From Octopus sinensis (Eukaryota): a stretch of DNA of 64,000 nt. Where the stretch lies: the NCBI RefSeq assembly GCF_006345805.1, contig NC_043019.1, positions 124,001 through 188,000 on the forward strand, written 5' to 3'. The position numbers were made by a program, and so were the translations under genes. The notes beneath the pieces are model-generated. The model ran no database searches, had not been told where the DNA came from, and saw only the letters and a list, made by a program, of their open reading frames with translations. This document shows positions 10,635-24,536 of this stretch, piece by piece. Each line of letters starts with the position of its first letter. Position 1 is the first letter of the stretch.

Positions 10635-13084
10635 ATTTCTTTACTACGATTATAAAATCATTACATAGAAGGACAATACAGGACATACATACAAAAAACA
10701 GTTAAGTGGTTCGATTAAAAATTTTCCATAACATTTGGATTATTCATTATACAAAATTTGTATTTAAATTGTCCTTTGCATGACCAATAGAACATTACAA
10801 CATTACATTAAATTGCGATCTTACCGATTTTTAAACCCCGGCAACCTATAAGGCCCCGCAGCTTTTCTTTCCTCTCCTCCATCCATAGTTAAGCTGGGTT
10901 TCTGACACCCACCTTTTTTGCCACTTCCTTCCATCTTTTTTCATACACACCTCGTGTTAAGATCTTTTCCAGCCCCATTTTGCTCTTCAGATGATATCTG
11001 AAGTAAGTGAGCAAGCCGGGGCCTGAGACAAAGGATCCTATTGCGACTCCTTCCATTCTTGTACGCCACATGCATTCTTTTACTACTGCAACCGTGCAGT
11101 GAAAACATGCCTCATCTGCCTTCGAGAGTCCAGTTGGCGGTATCATCTTAATCATAGACTCAGCCGACAACTGTACTCGTCCCAGATGCGATAACACGTG
11201 TTCTGCGTAACTTATCCAGTCTGACAACTTCCGACAGTGTACAAAAGCGTGCTGGACGGTTTCATCGTCCAACCCGCATCTTGGACACGTCGGTGGCACT
11301 GAAATTCCGTGCCGCGATAACTTCTCGCGAACAGGTAAAGCATTCCTATAACACTGCCAGGCCAGGGATCTTTGGAAATTATCCAAATACCCCGTCCTGA
11401 AAGTCTTTTTAAACAGGTTGGTAAGCTGGTCTTCGTCAAACCCCAGAGCCCCTCCTAGGACGTCGTCGTTCTTTGCCTCTACCAGCCTGCTATAAAATAC
11501 CGAGGTGGTATTTCCGCAGCCGGCCTTGCCCGCCTTGTGGATCAGCGTGAGTGCCTGTCGGCACTCCTTTTGCCATAAAGTCAGATTCCGTCTTTTGATG
11601 CAACCGGGTTTAAAATTCACTAAGGAAGCCGGTCTCGGGAAAAATTCCCCTGCCAGCGGACTCCACACCTTATCACCCTCCAGTGGTGCCAGAGATGCTT
11701 CAGCCTCAACGTATGTCTGCGCATCATCAACCAAGGCATTCCTAACCCACCCTTTAACGGTTCCTGGCAGCAAACGGAGCGCCTCACAAGTGGCTTTCCT
11801 CCCTTCCACAAAAAGCGGAAAAGGATTCGCTCCAACTTGCTAAGCCATGAATCGGGGCAAGGGACAACGGTCAGGCGGTAGGTGATTACAGATGCAATGA
11901 ACATCTGTACCACCTCCGCCCTTCCTTTCAAGGACAGAAACCTTCCGGACCAGGTCCGTACTATGGCCTCCACCTTGCCCGTCACCTCACTCCAATTCCT
12001 CTCCGTTTGGGAGTCTGACCCAAACCAAACTCCTAGCAACTTAACAGGACCATCCGTCCAGTGTCCCACGACACTGGACGATATCGACTTGCTCCTCCAG
12101 GTGCCGAGGCGCAAGCCAACCGACTTGTCCTTGTTAACCCTTGCTCCTGCCACCGCCTCGTATCCTCTGATAGCATCTTCTACACAAGGTAGCTGGGCCT
12201 CATTGGACACGATGAGGGTGACGTCATCCGCATAAGCAGTAACCGTCCTCCCACCTCCGATCTCATCCGGGTTACTTCCCAGCCTCTCCAAATTTCGCAG
12301 CAATGGCTCGAGAGCCAACACGTACAAAAGTGGTGACAAGGGGCACCCTTGACGAACTGAACATTCGATCGAAAACGGTTCTGTTAGGTAACCGTTTATC
12401 TGGACGGTGGACTTGATGCCGCTATACATAGCGGAGATCCACCCGCGAAATTCAGGGCCCAGTCCAGCCGCTTCGAGGACCGTCACCAGGTACTTATGGT
12501 CTACCCTATCGAACGCTTTACTTTGGTCTAAATGGACCATTACCCCGCCCTTGCCGGTTAATTTACCCACTCTATCTAAGGTGTAGTGTATAAGGTGAAG
12601 ATTATCCTGGATCGACCTGCCTGGAATTGCACATGTCTGTGCTTTCCCTACAAGTTTCTCCACGACAATCGTCAACCTTTTTGCCAACACCTTGGCCAAA
12701 ATCTTTAACTCTACATTAAGTAGAGTTATGGGCCTGTAATTACTAATGTTATCCCCCTTGCTCGGGTCTTTCTGGATTAGCGTCACCACTCCCCGGCTTA
12801 CAGAACTGGGAATTCTCCCATTCTGCTGCCAGTTCGTGTAGACGCCTGCCAATATTCCCCCGAACAAGTCCGGCATACTTTGGTAAAACTCGTAGGGCAG
12901 ACCATCCAACCCCGGCGACTTCTCCCCGGCGCATCCGGCCAGTATCCCCTCTATCTCCGCGGGAGTGATCGCTTCTTCACAGCACTCCACCTCACGCCCC
13001 GAGAGCCGCGGTCCGCTGGCTAGGAAGTCCTTTAAGGCCCTCCCCCGCTCCGGCGCCACACCACCCCCGAACGCGCGGGCGAAA
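10635..13084 (-). mobile_element. Tx1-clade LINE, 3' 2.45 kb (RT plus C-terminal zinc finger), cut by the assembly gap
   Basis: ORFs 11620-13059 and 10889-11809 match the translations at 59.5-61.7 kb; coordinates sum to 72579 throughout. Confidence 0.9.
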
Positions 13085-13184
13085 NNNNNNNNNNNNNNNN
13101 NNNNNNNNNNNNNNNNNNNNNNNNNNNNNNNNNNNNNNNNNNNNNNNNNNNNNNNNNNNNNNNNNNNNNNNNNNNNNNNNNNNN
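13085..13184. other. Assembly gap (100 N)
   Basis: Run of n. Confidence 0.99.
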
Positions 13185-13190
13185 TATGAA

Positions 13191-13236
13191 GTCACCTGAT
13201 GAATGTCATTTGAAGGCAGGAAACAATTGTAGTGGC
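13191..13236 (+). ncRNA. Minimal type I hammerhead in a PLE-type 3' tail (13185-13420)
   Basis: gtcac-CTGATGA-a tgtc..ggca g-GAAA-caattg-TA-gtggc. Confidence 0.8.
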
Positions 13237-13439
13237 AATTTATTTACTTTATATTAAAATTTTTTTATGTATTGATTAAGTCTTTCCTTGTTTGATTTAC
13301 AAAATAGTGGTTTTGTCTCTAATTAATATTATATAATATTTTACTATAAAATTGGATTCAATCCTAAATCTGATTTTTCCCTGTAAATTTGGATTTATTC
13401 CCTAATATTTTATTCTTTATATATATATATATATATATA

Positions 13440-13895
13440 CGACGGGCTGCTTTCAGTTTCCGTCTACCAAATCCACTCTCAAGGCTTTGGTCGACCCAAG
13501 GCTATATTAGAAGACACTTGCCCAAGGTGCCACGCAGTGGAACTGAACTCTGAACCATGTGGTTCGTAAACAAGCTACTTAGCACACAGCCACTTCTGCG
13601 CCTGTAGCTTGGTAATTTTCTACCGGACTTTTATACCAGATCACTATGTCAAGGGGACATAAACAAACCAACAACAGTTATCAAACTGGTGCAGGGACAA
13701 ACACAAACAGAGACACACACACATAGATTTATACATATGTTTGTATACAAGATGGGCTTCTTCCAGTTTCCACCTACCAAATCCACTTACAGGGTTTTGG
13801 TCAGCCCATGGCTATAGTAGAGGACACTTGCCTTAGGTTCCACACAGCAGGACTGAACCCAAGATTACATGTGGTCGAACAGCAAATTTCTTAGC
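13440..13895 (-). mobile_element. Two tRNA-derived SINE fragments
   Basis: Reverse complement of the common SINE head (cagtttccgtctaccaaatccactc...cccaaggtgccacgcagtgg). Confidence 0.7.
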
Positions 13896-13958
13896 GTTCA
13901 GCCATTACTGAGATAAATTGATAGATAGATAAATAGATAGATAGATAGAGAGATAGCG

Positions 13959-13989
<31 letters not shown>

Positions 13990-14139
13990 TAGATAGATTG
14001 ATAGATGTGATCTTATCACTAATGGAACAGTACTATGTATAATATACATATATATATATATATATATTTCGATGGGTGAATGAATCATCCTATGTTTACC
14101 GTTAACATGGAAAATTCAATGAACTGTTACCAGGGTAGC

Positions 14140-14527
14140 AAATTCACGTCAGAAACACGGTTGAAGCGACCTATCCAGAGGTAGAAACTCCGGGTTAATG
14201 TGCAGTAATTTGTGTGATATAGCTGAATAAATAAATAAATGGAGTTGAACGAAGATGTTAATAAAATTCCTTTACTTTCGACATATGTTTCGAAGCAACA
14301 TGGTTTTATTCTTTCCTGATGAGAAGATTGAATCTTTCACCGTTGAATCCTTTGGAATTAAACTATGTTGTCTTCGAAACATATGTCGAAAGTAAAGGAA
14401 TTTTATTAACATCTTCGTTCAACTCCATTTATTTATTTATTCAGCTATATCACACAAATTACTGCACATTAACCCGGAGTTTCTACCTCTGGATAGGTCG
14501 CTTCAACCGTGTTTCTGACGTGAATTT
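14140..14527. repeat. Palindromic PLE pseudo-LTR (~155-165-bp arms) enclosing a hammerhead
   Basis: 14140-~14295 is the reverse complement of ~14371-14527. Confidence 0.85.
14311..14392 (+). ncRNA. Type I hammerhead (GUC site, extended stem II)
   Basis: ctttc-CTGATGA-gaaga...tcttc-GAAA-catatg-TC-gaaag. Confidence 0.8.
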
Positions 14528-15124
14528 CTTTATTCATATATATATATATATATATATATATAGGTATGTGAAGTTAAGATGCAAGGATCAAGGTATAGGA
14601 TGAAGTAAGGTTTGAGCAGTTTGTAGAAGATATAAAAAACAACTTTCAGAAACAATAGCGGTTTATTTACATAGAAGGTTGTAAATTTTTCCCGTATTGA
14701 AGTTCGATAAGTAAAAACAATTGTGTTACAGCTTATGGATAACAGCAGAGATTGCTGTGTATACAAAGAGAAATCCAAAATTTTGGAATGAGCAGGTAAA
14801 ATTCAGGCTATATATATATTTAATTTGTTTATTCACATAATTGCTTGCATATCTTCTCACCTTGATTCCTCTTATAGCCAATCTTTACCCCGCGAAATTG
14901 GTCCCTCGTAAAGACATCAGAGGCTGAATTCAAATTATTTGAATGTTACTAATTGCTTTCTAATCTGAGAATCTGTGGATCTCATCTGTTGACTACATGT
15001 GTGTGTGTGTGTGTGCGGGCGTGTGCGTGCATGCATGCATTCATGCATGCGCGCGTGTGTGTGTGTCTATATAATATGTGTGTGTACGTACATACATGAA
15101 TATTAATACACATATGTGTAAATA

Positions 15125-15205
<81 letters not shown>

Positions 15206-15294
15206 TATGGTTTACCTACCATTATAAACAATATCAAATGTTTTTTCTCAAACCTTTCATAATGTGATACAAGTCTTTGGTGTAGCAATTGCAT

Positions 15295-15387
15295 GCGGCT
15301 GAAGAGGGCTTTTGAACTATCTGTTATGTCGATTATGCATTGATGTAAGAATAAGTTGTTCTATAAAGCTCGAAACATATGTATCGC
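15295..15387 (+). ncRNA. Type I hammerhead (extended stem II)
   Basis: gcgg-CTGAAGA-gggcttt...aaagctc-GAAA-catatg-TA-tcgc. Confidence 0.75.
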
Positions 15388-15505
15388 AACATCTTTTGTG
15401 TCCTGTTTTTCATTTTATTTCATTTGATACATATATCCTCTCACCTATGCTACTAGCTGGCATATACAGGTGCTTACATTTATCAAGTATTCACCCTGAA
15501 TTTAT

Positions 15506-15551
<46 letters not shown>

Positions 15552-15984
15552 TATATATATTTGTATATATATATATGTGTGTGTATATATATATGTATGT
15601 GTGTATGTGTGACAGGTTTCCATGCCGTTTCCTTCTACCAAATTCACTCACAAGATATTGGTCGGCCTGGGGTTCGTAATAGATTTGCCTAAGGTACAGC
15701 ACATTGGGATTGAACCTGAAAACAACATGGTCACGAGCGTTCTTCTTAACCACATAAGAAACTATATATGCCTGAAACTATATATCTAGAAAAAGGAAAT
15801 AGACAGGATTGCCAAAGTTGGAATGTCCTCAATTATAAGTCTGCTCAATTCAGGTTCACCTTTGAACAACAACAACAACAACAACACCGAGAGTGATGAA
15901 TAAAGTATAAAGCTTCTTCCTGAGTTACATACGGTCACAAAACCAGTTCCACAGATCCTGTGGAGTATATATTACCTTCTGGGA

Positions 15985-16440
15985 CCATGCGGTCAAGTGG
16001 TTAGGTTATTGCAGTCTTGACTGCTAGATCGCGAGTTCAATTCCTAGACCAGGTGGAACACTGTATTCTTGGGCAAAAGACTTCATTTCACATTGCTTCA
16101 GTCCCCCTTTCAATCAGAACCGGGGAGGAACATTGCACTGCTCTCCTAGCCAACAGGGTGGCATCATTCGAAGGCGAAAATGATGTAAAGTGCATTGTAA
16201 CCAGCGATGTGTAGCAACGTCTCATAGTCTAGTTGGTCATGTGATTACTTGATATATTACCCACTGGATGGAACACCATTCCATTTCAGGATTGCTTATT
16301 TTTACAAACTGAATGGACTGGAACAATGTAAAGTGATGTGTTTTCCTCAAGAACGAAACACATTGCCCAGTTCAGGAATCGAAACCACAATCATGCAGTC
16401 ATCGATCCAACACCCTAACCACAAAGCCACACGTCCCTAC
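15985..16440. mobile_element. Two decayed tRNA-derived SINEs in opposite orientation
   Basis: A-box/B-box-like ggtcaagtggttag...gagttcaattcc head on +; caggaatcgaaacc...ctaaccac head on -. Confidence 0.55.
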
Positions 16441-16780
16441 TAAGTGTGATGTGGGCAACATTTTCGTTAATCAATTATTCACGAAATTTTCATTATTGTT
16501 TTGCCACGGTTATTAAGCAGGAGAACATACCAGCTGCGACCATCACTCCATCCTTTTGTGGAAATGTAAAAACACATTATCTAAGATGGCTAATTAGATG
16601 CCTGAATTAGATTTCACTGTAGTGATTTTTAGTAGGTCATATGACTGGTAGAGACCCAATTTCAATGTTTGATGGTTTCTTTCATCTCACTGAGAACTTT
16701 GGGAATATTTTTAGAGTAAGCTTTAATATTTAATCTTGTTCTAAAACTCTGTCTTTCCTAAAATCTTTTTGTTCAAACAG

Positions 16781-16908
16781 GTTGTTGCATGTGGTAAGAA
16801 CAGTCTAAATAATCGATTTTTGCCATTCGACATTATAAGAACTGATGCAATTTTTAGTCTAGATGATGACTTCACTCTACCACAGAAAAACATTCTTCTA
16901 GCTTTCCG
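16781..16908 (+). CDS. EXTL3: EXTL3-like exostosin GT64 domain, exon (128 nt, phase 0 to 2)
   Basis: cag|...|gtaatg; VVACGKNSLNNRFLPFDIIRTDAIFSLDDDFTLPQKNILLAFR; matches the EXT/EXTL NSLNNRF and DDD motifs. The symbol means EXTL3-like. Confidence 0.9.
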
Positions 16909-17094
16909 GTAATGGCTTCTTTTTCATGTTTTCTTTTTCATTTTTCTACATGTTTTATTCATTTAAATGTGTGTGTGTGTGTGTGTGCAATATGTATTTA
17001 TATATATATAAGTGTCTAAGGCTCCCTATAGGAACTGGATAATGTCTATTAATGAAGTGACATAAATAACAGTGGAGTAGGATGTTCAATGCAA

Positions 17095-17340
17095 TAGAAA
17101 ATATACATTTCTTTATTGTCCACAAGGGGCTAAACATAGAGGGGGCAAACAAGGACAGACAAAGGGATTGAGTCGATCAAATCGACCCCAGTGCGAAACT
17201 GGAACTTTATTTATCGACCCCGAAAGGATGACAGGCAAAGGCGACCTCGGCGGAATTTGAACTCAGAACGTAACGGCAGACGAAATACCGCTAAGCATTT
17301 CGCCCGGTGCGCTAAAGTGTCTGCCAGCTCACCGCCCCCA
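17095..17340 (-). mobile_element. tRNA-derived SINE (second family)
   Basis: gtcgatcaaatcgaccccagt...gacctcggcggaatttgaactcagaac. Related pieces at 1-110, 19240-19520, 35310-35445, 40270-40510 and 45690-45905. Confidence 0.7.
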
Positions 17341-18010
17341 GCAATAGAAAATATAGCTGTTACAATAAGCATAAACGTGAGAAAAATCAGGGCTATTAGC
17401 TCTGTTGATAATAATAATAAATAATTCAATTTCAATGTTTTCTTGAAACTATAACTTACTTTAGACATTAGGATTTAAATTCCAATCTTCGAAAATGTTC
17501 CGTTCTATAATATTCTTAAAGGAATGGAAAAATTATCCAGCAACTCAGGATAATACGAATGAGCCTGGTAGGTGCAAAAGACTAACTGGCATTTCTTGTT
17601 AAGAATACGGGTGACAGTCAGATCGCTGATGTTTGTTGTGCACTCTGCTGTCATTATTTGATTGTTGTTATTCTGTGTAGCTGTGTGTAAAGATCAGTTA
17701 TGTTTTGCAGGGTTGCTTTATTTTTACAGTTAACTTAGAAATGGAGAAGGACATGGTGCTAGGTATAAAAAATAAGCCTTTGGGGCTAGAAATATTGCAG
17801 AAAAGCATGAAATTCTTCAAGGAAATTCATGTGTCTTATGCGAAATCTGTGATGGGCCTGAGTGATGCTGATAACTTGGAGTCGCTTCTGCTATATATAT
17901 ATATGCATGCTTTTGGCGCGGAATTTGAGGCATAACTAAAAATGCAATTCGTTAAACCGCTCGTGTTTTTGACGCTCGGGTCGATCTAATTAATTGCATT
18001 TAAGACAAAC

Positions 18011-18085
18011 CTCTGCTGAAGATTTATAGATGTGTATGTAAGTAAAACTACATATTACATTAGTAATGAAACAATTTGTTCAGGG
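18011..18085 (+). ncRNA. Probable type I hammerhead (weak stem II, GUU site)
   Basis: ctctg-CTGAAGA-...-GAAA-caatttg-TT-caggg. Confidence 0.5.
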
Positions 18086-18327
18086 TCAATCTATTTATTC
18101 GTTGTATTTCACTTTCCTTCCGTTAAATGTATGTTAATTCTAGTTGGAAACATCTTTTCTGTGGCTATACTATCGGAGCTATTTTTAGCACTAGAGTTAT
18201 CCACATAGTGGTTAACTCTCTAATAATTTATGTATAAATTTGTATTTTCTCCATAGTTTTTTGTGCTAAGCCACTCGGTGTTAAATTAATGGTATTATTA
18301 AATTAATATCAATTTTTCACCCTCATT

Positions 18328-18373
<46 letters not shown>

Positions 18374-18374
<1 letters not shown>

Positions 18375-18970
18375 TAGCAGTATTGCCCGGCTCAACGGGG
18401 ATTTCAGGGTAGAGTTTCAGGGAGTCGCTGATGTATCGTGATGATCAAAAATCCGGCAAGCTAAATTTTGATTAAAGTGATTCAAACTGCAGACTCACCG
18501 CACAATGGTCACATTTAATTCAAAGCTTAAAAAATGTAATGAAAACAATTGGTATGTGTTCACAAAGTCCAAACGATTAATAAGAAAAAACCCTCCAGGC
18601 TACATCCCGAAAATTCATTTCTTTGCCGAATTTCTACAATGTTTCCGGCGATTCGTTTTTATATCTTGATTTTTTTTATTTTTCATGCAATTTACGCATG
18701 CTTGCACGCGTGGTGAACACAGTTCACGTCAAACAGCTGACTGAGTAAAGTTCACTATTCAATGCATGGGATAAGGCCTAAACAAACACATTATCGATTT
18801 TTGCACTTGCGAGATGAATTTCGGAACAGTTCAACAGTTCAATTTTCATTCGCCTAAACTTTAAGTGACCCATTTTTTGTGGTTCTACGATTTGTTGGCT
18901 AGGAGGAGATGTGCCGGGAAGTTAAACACACAGACACATACACAGATACACACACAGACACACAAGTTGA

Positions 18971-18985
<15 letters not shown>
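18374..18985 (-). mobile_element. Non-autonomous Helitron
   Basis: The minus strand ends ...gccgggcaatactgCTAG with a subterminal GC hairpin; the 5' end is tatataaaactcaacttgtgtgtctg. Confidence 0.65.
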
Positions 18986-19057
<72 letters not shown>

Positions 19058-19697
19058 TGTTAGGGCAGCGGACTCACGGTCGGAGCATCGCGGTTTCGAT
19101 TCCCAGACCGGGCGTTGTGTGTGTTTATTGTGTGTGTTTGTTGGCTTGCTCGCTTAGCCAGCGGGGTGGCGTCACTTGAAGGCTAAATCAATGCTACCCA
19201 AGAACAAAAGTTGTATTACACAGTGTTATTCAAGATAATTATAATGATGGTTTCAAATTTTGGCACAAGGCCAGTAATTTGGGGGGTGGTTGGTGGAGGG
19301 AGCACAAGGCCAGTAATTTGGGGGGAGGGGTTGGTGGAGGGAGCACAAATCAAGTACATCAACCCTAGTGCTCAACTAGTACTCATTTTGTCGACCTTGG
19401 AAGGATAAAAGGCAAAGTGAACCTCGTTAGAATTTGAACTCAGAACGTAAAGAGCTGGAAGAAATGCTCCTAAGCATTTTCCCCAGCATGCCGACAATTG
19501 TGCCAGCTTGCCACCCATATAAAAATAATGATGGACTCTCCCGTCGAAGACAACCTATGAGTGTTTTGCTCAAGAACACAAAACACCACCCGGTTTAGGA
19601 TTTGAAACCACAATTTCACGATCATGAGTGCAAGGCTCTAATCACTAGGCTATGCATCCTCATGGCAACAACAACAACAATAATAATAATAATAATA

Positions 19698-19736
<39 letters not shown>

Positions 19737-19771
19737 TAATAATAATAGCAATAGCAATAACAATAATAATG

Positions 19772-19817
<46 letters not shown>

Positions 19818-19820
<3 letters not shown>

Positions 19821-20217
19821 GCCCTGATACAGTACCAGGCAGTGGCTCTCATGGCTTCTGATCTAAACTGATTGGAAGTGTAATCATGTACATTGTTTTG
19901 TCTTGGTATAAAAGATGGGCTACAGCAAATATTGTGCTCAATACCACAGATTTGCTTGTCAGTTGTTTGACCTTAACCAGTTGAGCATGTCCCTTAGTGG
20001 CTGATGATATGTGCATCTCTGATCATGAGCAGAGGTAGTGGGGGAGCATCATAGCCATGTGTTGAGAGGGATTCTTTGGGGTTTGGATAATTCACCTTTT
20101 GAAACATGGGTGGTTCGTTCGACATCCTTAAACAACCCTTATTCAGGGACCTTTTGAGTGGGATGAGCTACTCGACCAGAAGAAAATTCTAACTGGGCCC
20201 CACCTGCAAGGTCATGC
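19818..20217. repeat. Interspersed repeat adjoining an (AAT)n tract
   Basis: Abrupt transition from (aat)n into a ~400-bp mixed-composition segment. The family resembles one I recall from octopus and is not verified. Confidence 0.35.
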
Positions 20218-20799
20218 ACTGTGTAGCCGACCATGTGAAATTATGGTCAACCTATACTATCCTTATCCGCTGGCCTACAAAATACTCTAAGTGCGATCAA
20301 GATGAATCGATGCAATCTGTCCAAGTTCACATTGGTACATTCGTGTTATTTAGTTGGTATCTGTCAGACAGAAGAAAGCATCTGAGCAGGATTTTGATGC
20401 TTTTGCACCCCACTCTACTATCAGATACTCCCATGCAATCGAAACGTCCATCTCAGACTACGGTCCAATAGAATAAGTACTAGGCTTACAAAGAATAAAT
20501 CCTGGGGTTGATTTCTTCAACTAAATGTGGTGCTCCATCATGGGCACAGTCAGATAACTGAAGCAAGTACAATAATAAAGGATTAAAAGAATAAAAGAAT
20601 ATATGTTCATATAAGACATGGCTGTATATTAAGAAGTTTGCTTTCCAACCCCGTAGTCCCAGGTTCAGTTCCATTACATGATACTTTGGGCAAATGTCTT
20701 CTACAATAGCTTCAGGCCAACCAAAGCTTTGTGGGTAGATTTGGTGGACGGAAACTGAAAGAAGACCCACCCAGGGGACGTTATTTTTCTAGGCACAGG

Positions 20800-20984
20800 A
20801 GTAGCTGTGTGGTAAGTAACTTGGTTACCTACCACATAGTTCTGGGTTCAGTCCTATTCGTGACACCTTGGGTATGTGTCTTCTGCTATAGCCTTGGGCC
20901 AACCAAAGCCTTGTAAGTGGATTTGGTAGACGGAAACTGGAAGAAGCCCATCGTATATGTATATATATGTGTGTGCGTGTGCGT

Positions 20985-21017
<33 letters not shown>

Positions 21018-21510
21018 GGTGTTTGTCCCTCCAACATTGCTTGATAACTGATGTTGGTGTGTTTACGTCTCCGTAACTTAGTGGTTCGGCAAAAGTGACC
21101 AATGGAATAAGTGCTAGGATTATGCAAATATATGGGAATCTACCACCTGTGTCATCTCTTGTGAAAGGTAAGAGAGTCCAATTTGCTGGACATTGTTGTA
21201 GAGCTGAAAAAGAGGTAATTTCTACTCTTCTCCTCTGGAAGCCATCTACACGCAATACCAGAGGGCACACACTCTCCTACCCTGATGTAATCTCCAGGGA
21301 TACAGGCATCCAGCAACAGGACCTCCGTAATGCCATGATGGACCGTGAAGTCTGGCGTAGCATGGTAAATTCCATTGTCTTGACCACGGTCGAACAATGA
21401 TGAATGATGCTAGGATTACAAAGAATAAGTAAGTCCTGGAGCTGATTTACTCGACTGAAGGCGGTGCTCCAGCATAGCCGCAGTTAAATGACTGAAACAA
21501 ATAAAAGAAT
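20800..21510 (+). mobile_element. Composite SINE interrupted by an RTE 3' fragment
   Basis: The SINE 3' module is split at tgctaggatta. Confidence 0.75.
21123..21407 (+). mobile_element. 5'-truncated RTE-like LINE 3' end with an 11-bp TSD
   Basis: RVQFAGHCCRA...DREVWRSMV, (atga)n tail, TSD tgctaggatta at 21112-21122 and 21408-21418. Confidence 0.8.
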
Positions 21511-21689
21511 AAAAGAATATATATATAACAACAACAACAATAATAATGATGATGATGATAATGATGATGATGAGGGTGGTGGTGGTGGTGGTGGTGGTGG
21601 TGTGGTGGTGGTGGTGGTGATGGTGATGATGATGATGATGATGGACTACAGTAGCAGTGATTGTAGAATCTCTAGGAATGATAAAAAAA

Positions 21690-22587
<898 letters not shown>

Positions 22588-22889
22588 TAATAATAATAGG
22601 GAATATAATTCCAAAACTTACAGGGAAAAATTCAATTTAACAATTTAAAATCAAATTTCACAATATGTAATATATGTATATAATTTAGAGAAAAACCAAT
22701 ATTAAACAATTCAATAAAGAAAGATGTTATTCACACCATATAGAAAACATATACTATAAAAAAAATTATTTTAAATCAATAAAGTATAATAAATAGTAAA
22801 CAGTAGTAAAAACATTACGCACGTTTCATGGCTATATTTTCAAATAGATAATTCAATTCACAACTGCAACTCGGTCATGGAGACCAGCT

Positions 22890-23298
22890 GCGGGAAAGCG
22901 CTTCAAGCAAACGGTGACCACATCTGTTCACCATCGTCTATGTAGAGCCAGAGATGTCGCAGTCTCAGGGCACCTTTCAGCAGGTGTTGGTAGCAAACGG
23001 ATCGCCGGACTATCCAAACGCTTCCTTTCCAGAAGAAACAGAAGAAGATGCGTTCCAGTTTGGTGATGATAGGGTCGGGACAAGGCACGACGGTCAGGTG
23101 GTAGTAGTTGACGGGCGCGATGTACGCGTTCGCCACCTCCACCCGACCTTTTAGGGACAGCTTCCTCTCTGCTCATTGCCTGGAGAGAGTGGCCAACCAA
23201 CTGGTTATCTCGTCCCAGTTCTTCTTCGTTTGCAGGTCCGAACCGAACCAGACTCCAAGCAACTTGACCGGCCCGTCCGTCAGCCAATTTCCAGAATG
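22890..23298 (-). mobile_element. Decayed Tx1-clade ORF2 fragment
   Basis: WLTDGPVKLLGVWFG and LTVVPCPDPIITKLERIFFCFFWKG, similar to 60520-60840. Confidence 0.8.
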
Positions 23299-23619
23299 AG
23301 TTGTGGTTGTTGAAAATATTAGCTCCATTACAGAGAATAAGCTCACCCAGTTTTATCCACTAGCAGTAGATATACTCAGTGTGTTGCCATTTATGATTTG
23401 CGTTAAGGGAACGATGGTCATAGATCAATACAAATCCAGGGAAAGAATCAGTAGATAAGTACAATAAAGTTTTTAAAAATTCATATAAAAGTTGACTAAA
23501 AATTATCTAAAAAAAGATTATTACAGTAAGCAAATCAACTAAAAATTTAAAGAGGAAAGTATTTAAAATGAAAATTATATCCAACTATGAATCATTCCAA
23601 AACGTAATTCAACATCCAA

Positions 23620-23703
23620 CATCTATGGCCATTTCGGGAGTTCATTGTTGTTGCATCCATGCATGCTATACGTGTCTTAGGCAATGCCCCCCTCATCAGG
23701 ATG
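23620..23703 (-). ncRNA. Type I hammerhead in a PLE-type tail (23330-23940)
   Basis: Minus strand: catc-CTGATGA-ggggg...ctccc-GAAA-tggcca-TA-gatg. Confidence 0.75.
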
Positions 23704-23965
23704 AACAGAGTTTCATAGTTGCGTACAAATTTAGATGAATTTTAGTCAACTTTTATGTGAGTTTTGTGGGCAGGCCCTGTGTACTTTATATTTTTATATA
23801 TGATTTTAACCTGGTGTTTGTTTTATTTTTCTATATTTGAAAGCCATGGTATCATTTAGTAATAGAAATAGTTCTGTTATTAGAAATACTGGTATTTCTA
23901 ATACTTTCGGTATGTGGTCTAGCAACTTGTTGCAAAGACCCTCATTGTTATAATTATATATATAT

Positions 23966-24058
<93 letters not shown>

Positions 24059-24536
24059 TGTATGTATTTGTAAAAAGAGGGAAGGGCAAACATTAATAAT
24101 CTCCACCACTGTGCTGTCATTCCCTTTGATGTTGTGGTCTTAATATTGTGTTTTAGATTAAGGAGGTTAGCTGGCAGAATCATTAGCTTGCCGGACAAAA
24201 TGCCTCTGATTCTTTTCAGGATTGATAGGGGTCAGTGTAATCAACTCAAACCCTAAAAGCCTCCTCCAAATTTTCAGATTTTGTGTATCAATAGAAAAAA
24301 GAAATATTGTCTTTTGGAGCAAAACAATGAGCTGACAGATTCATTAGCACGTTGGACAAAATACTTAGCATTCTGAGTTCATAAAGTCAACTTCGCCTCT
24401 CATCTCTTTCAGGATTAATAACATAAATACCAGTTGGGTACTGGAGTCAGTATAATCCATAAACTCACTCCACCAAATTTTCAAGCTTTGTGTGTCAATA
24501 ATATATTGTTTTTTTTTCTTTGGATTGTCATTATAG

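Noticed and set aside
14731-14794. Candidate + exon LWITAEIAVYTKRNPKFWNEQ, and nearby minus-strand mini-exons
   Set aside because: There are splice-like signals but no recognisable homology; such matches are expected by chance in AT-rich DNA.
16636-16715. Candidate upstream EXTL exon (GHMTGRDP...NIFR) with a 65-nt intron
   Set aside because: The phase fits and the donor is good, but the acceptor is weak and there is no similarity to the expected VVVWN...WP segment.
17705-17935. 76-aa ORF inside the EXTL intron
   Set aside because: No recognisable motif, no donor site and a non-ATG start.
19995-20110. CTGATGA within the repeat at 19818-20217
   Set aside because: It forms a simple hairpin, with no compatible GAAA, stem III or stem I geometry.
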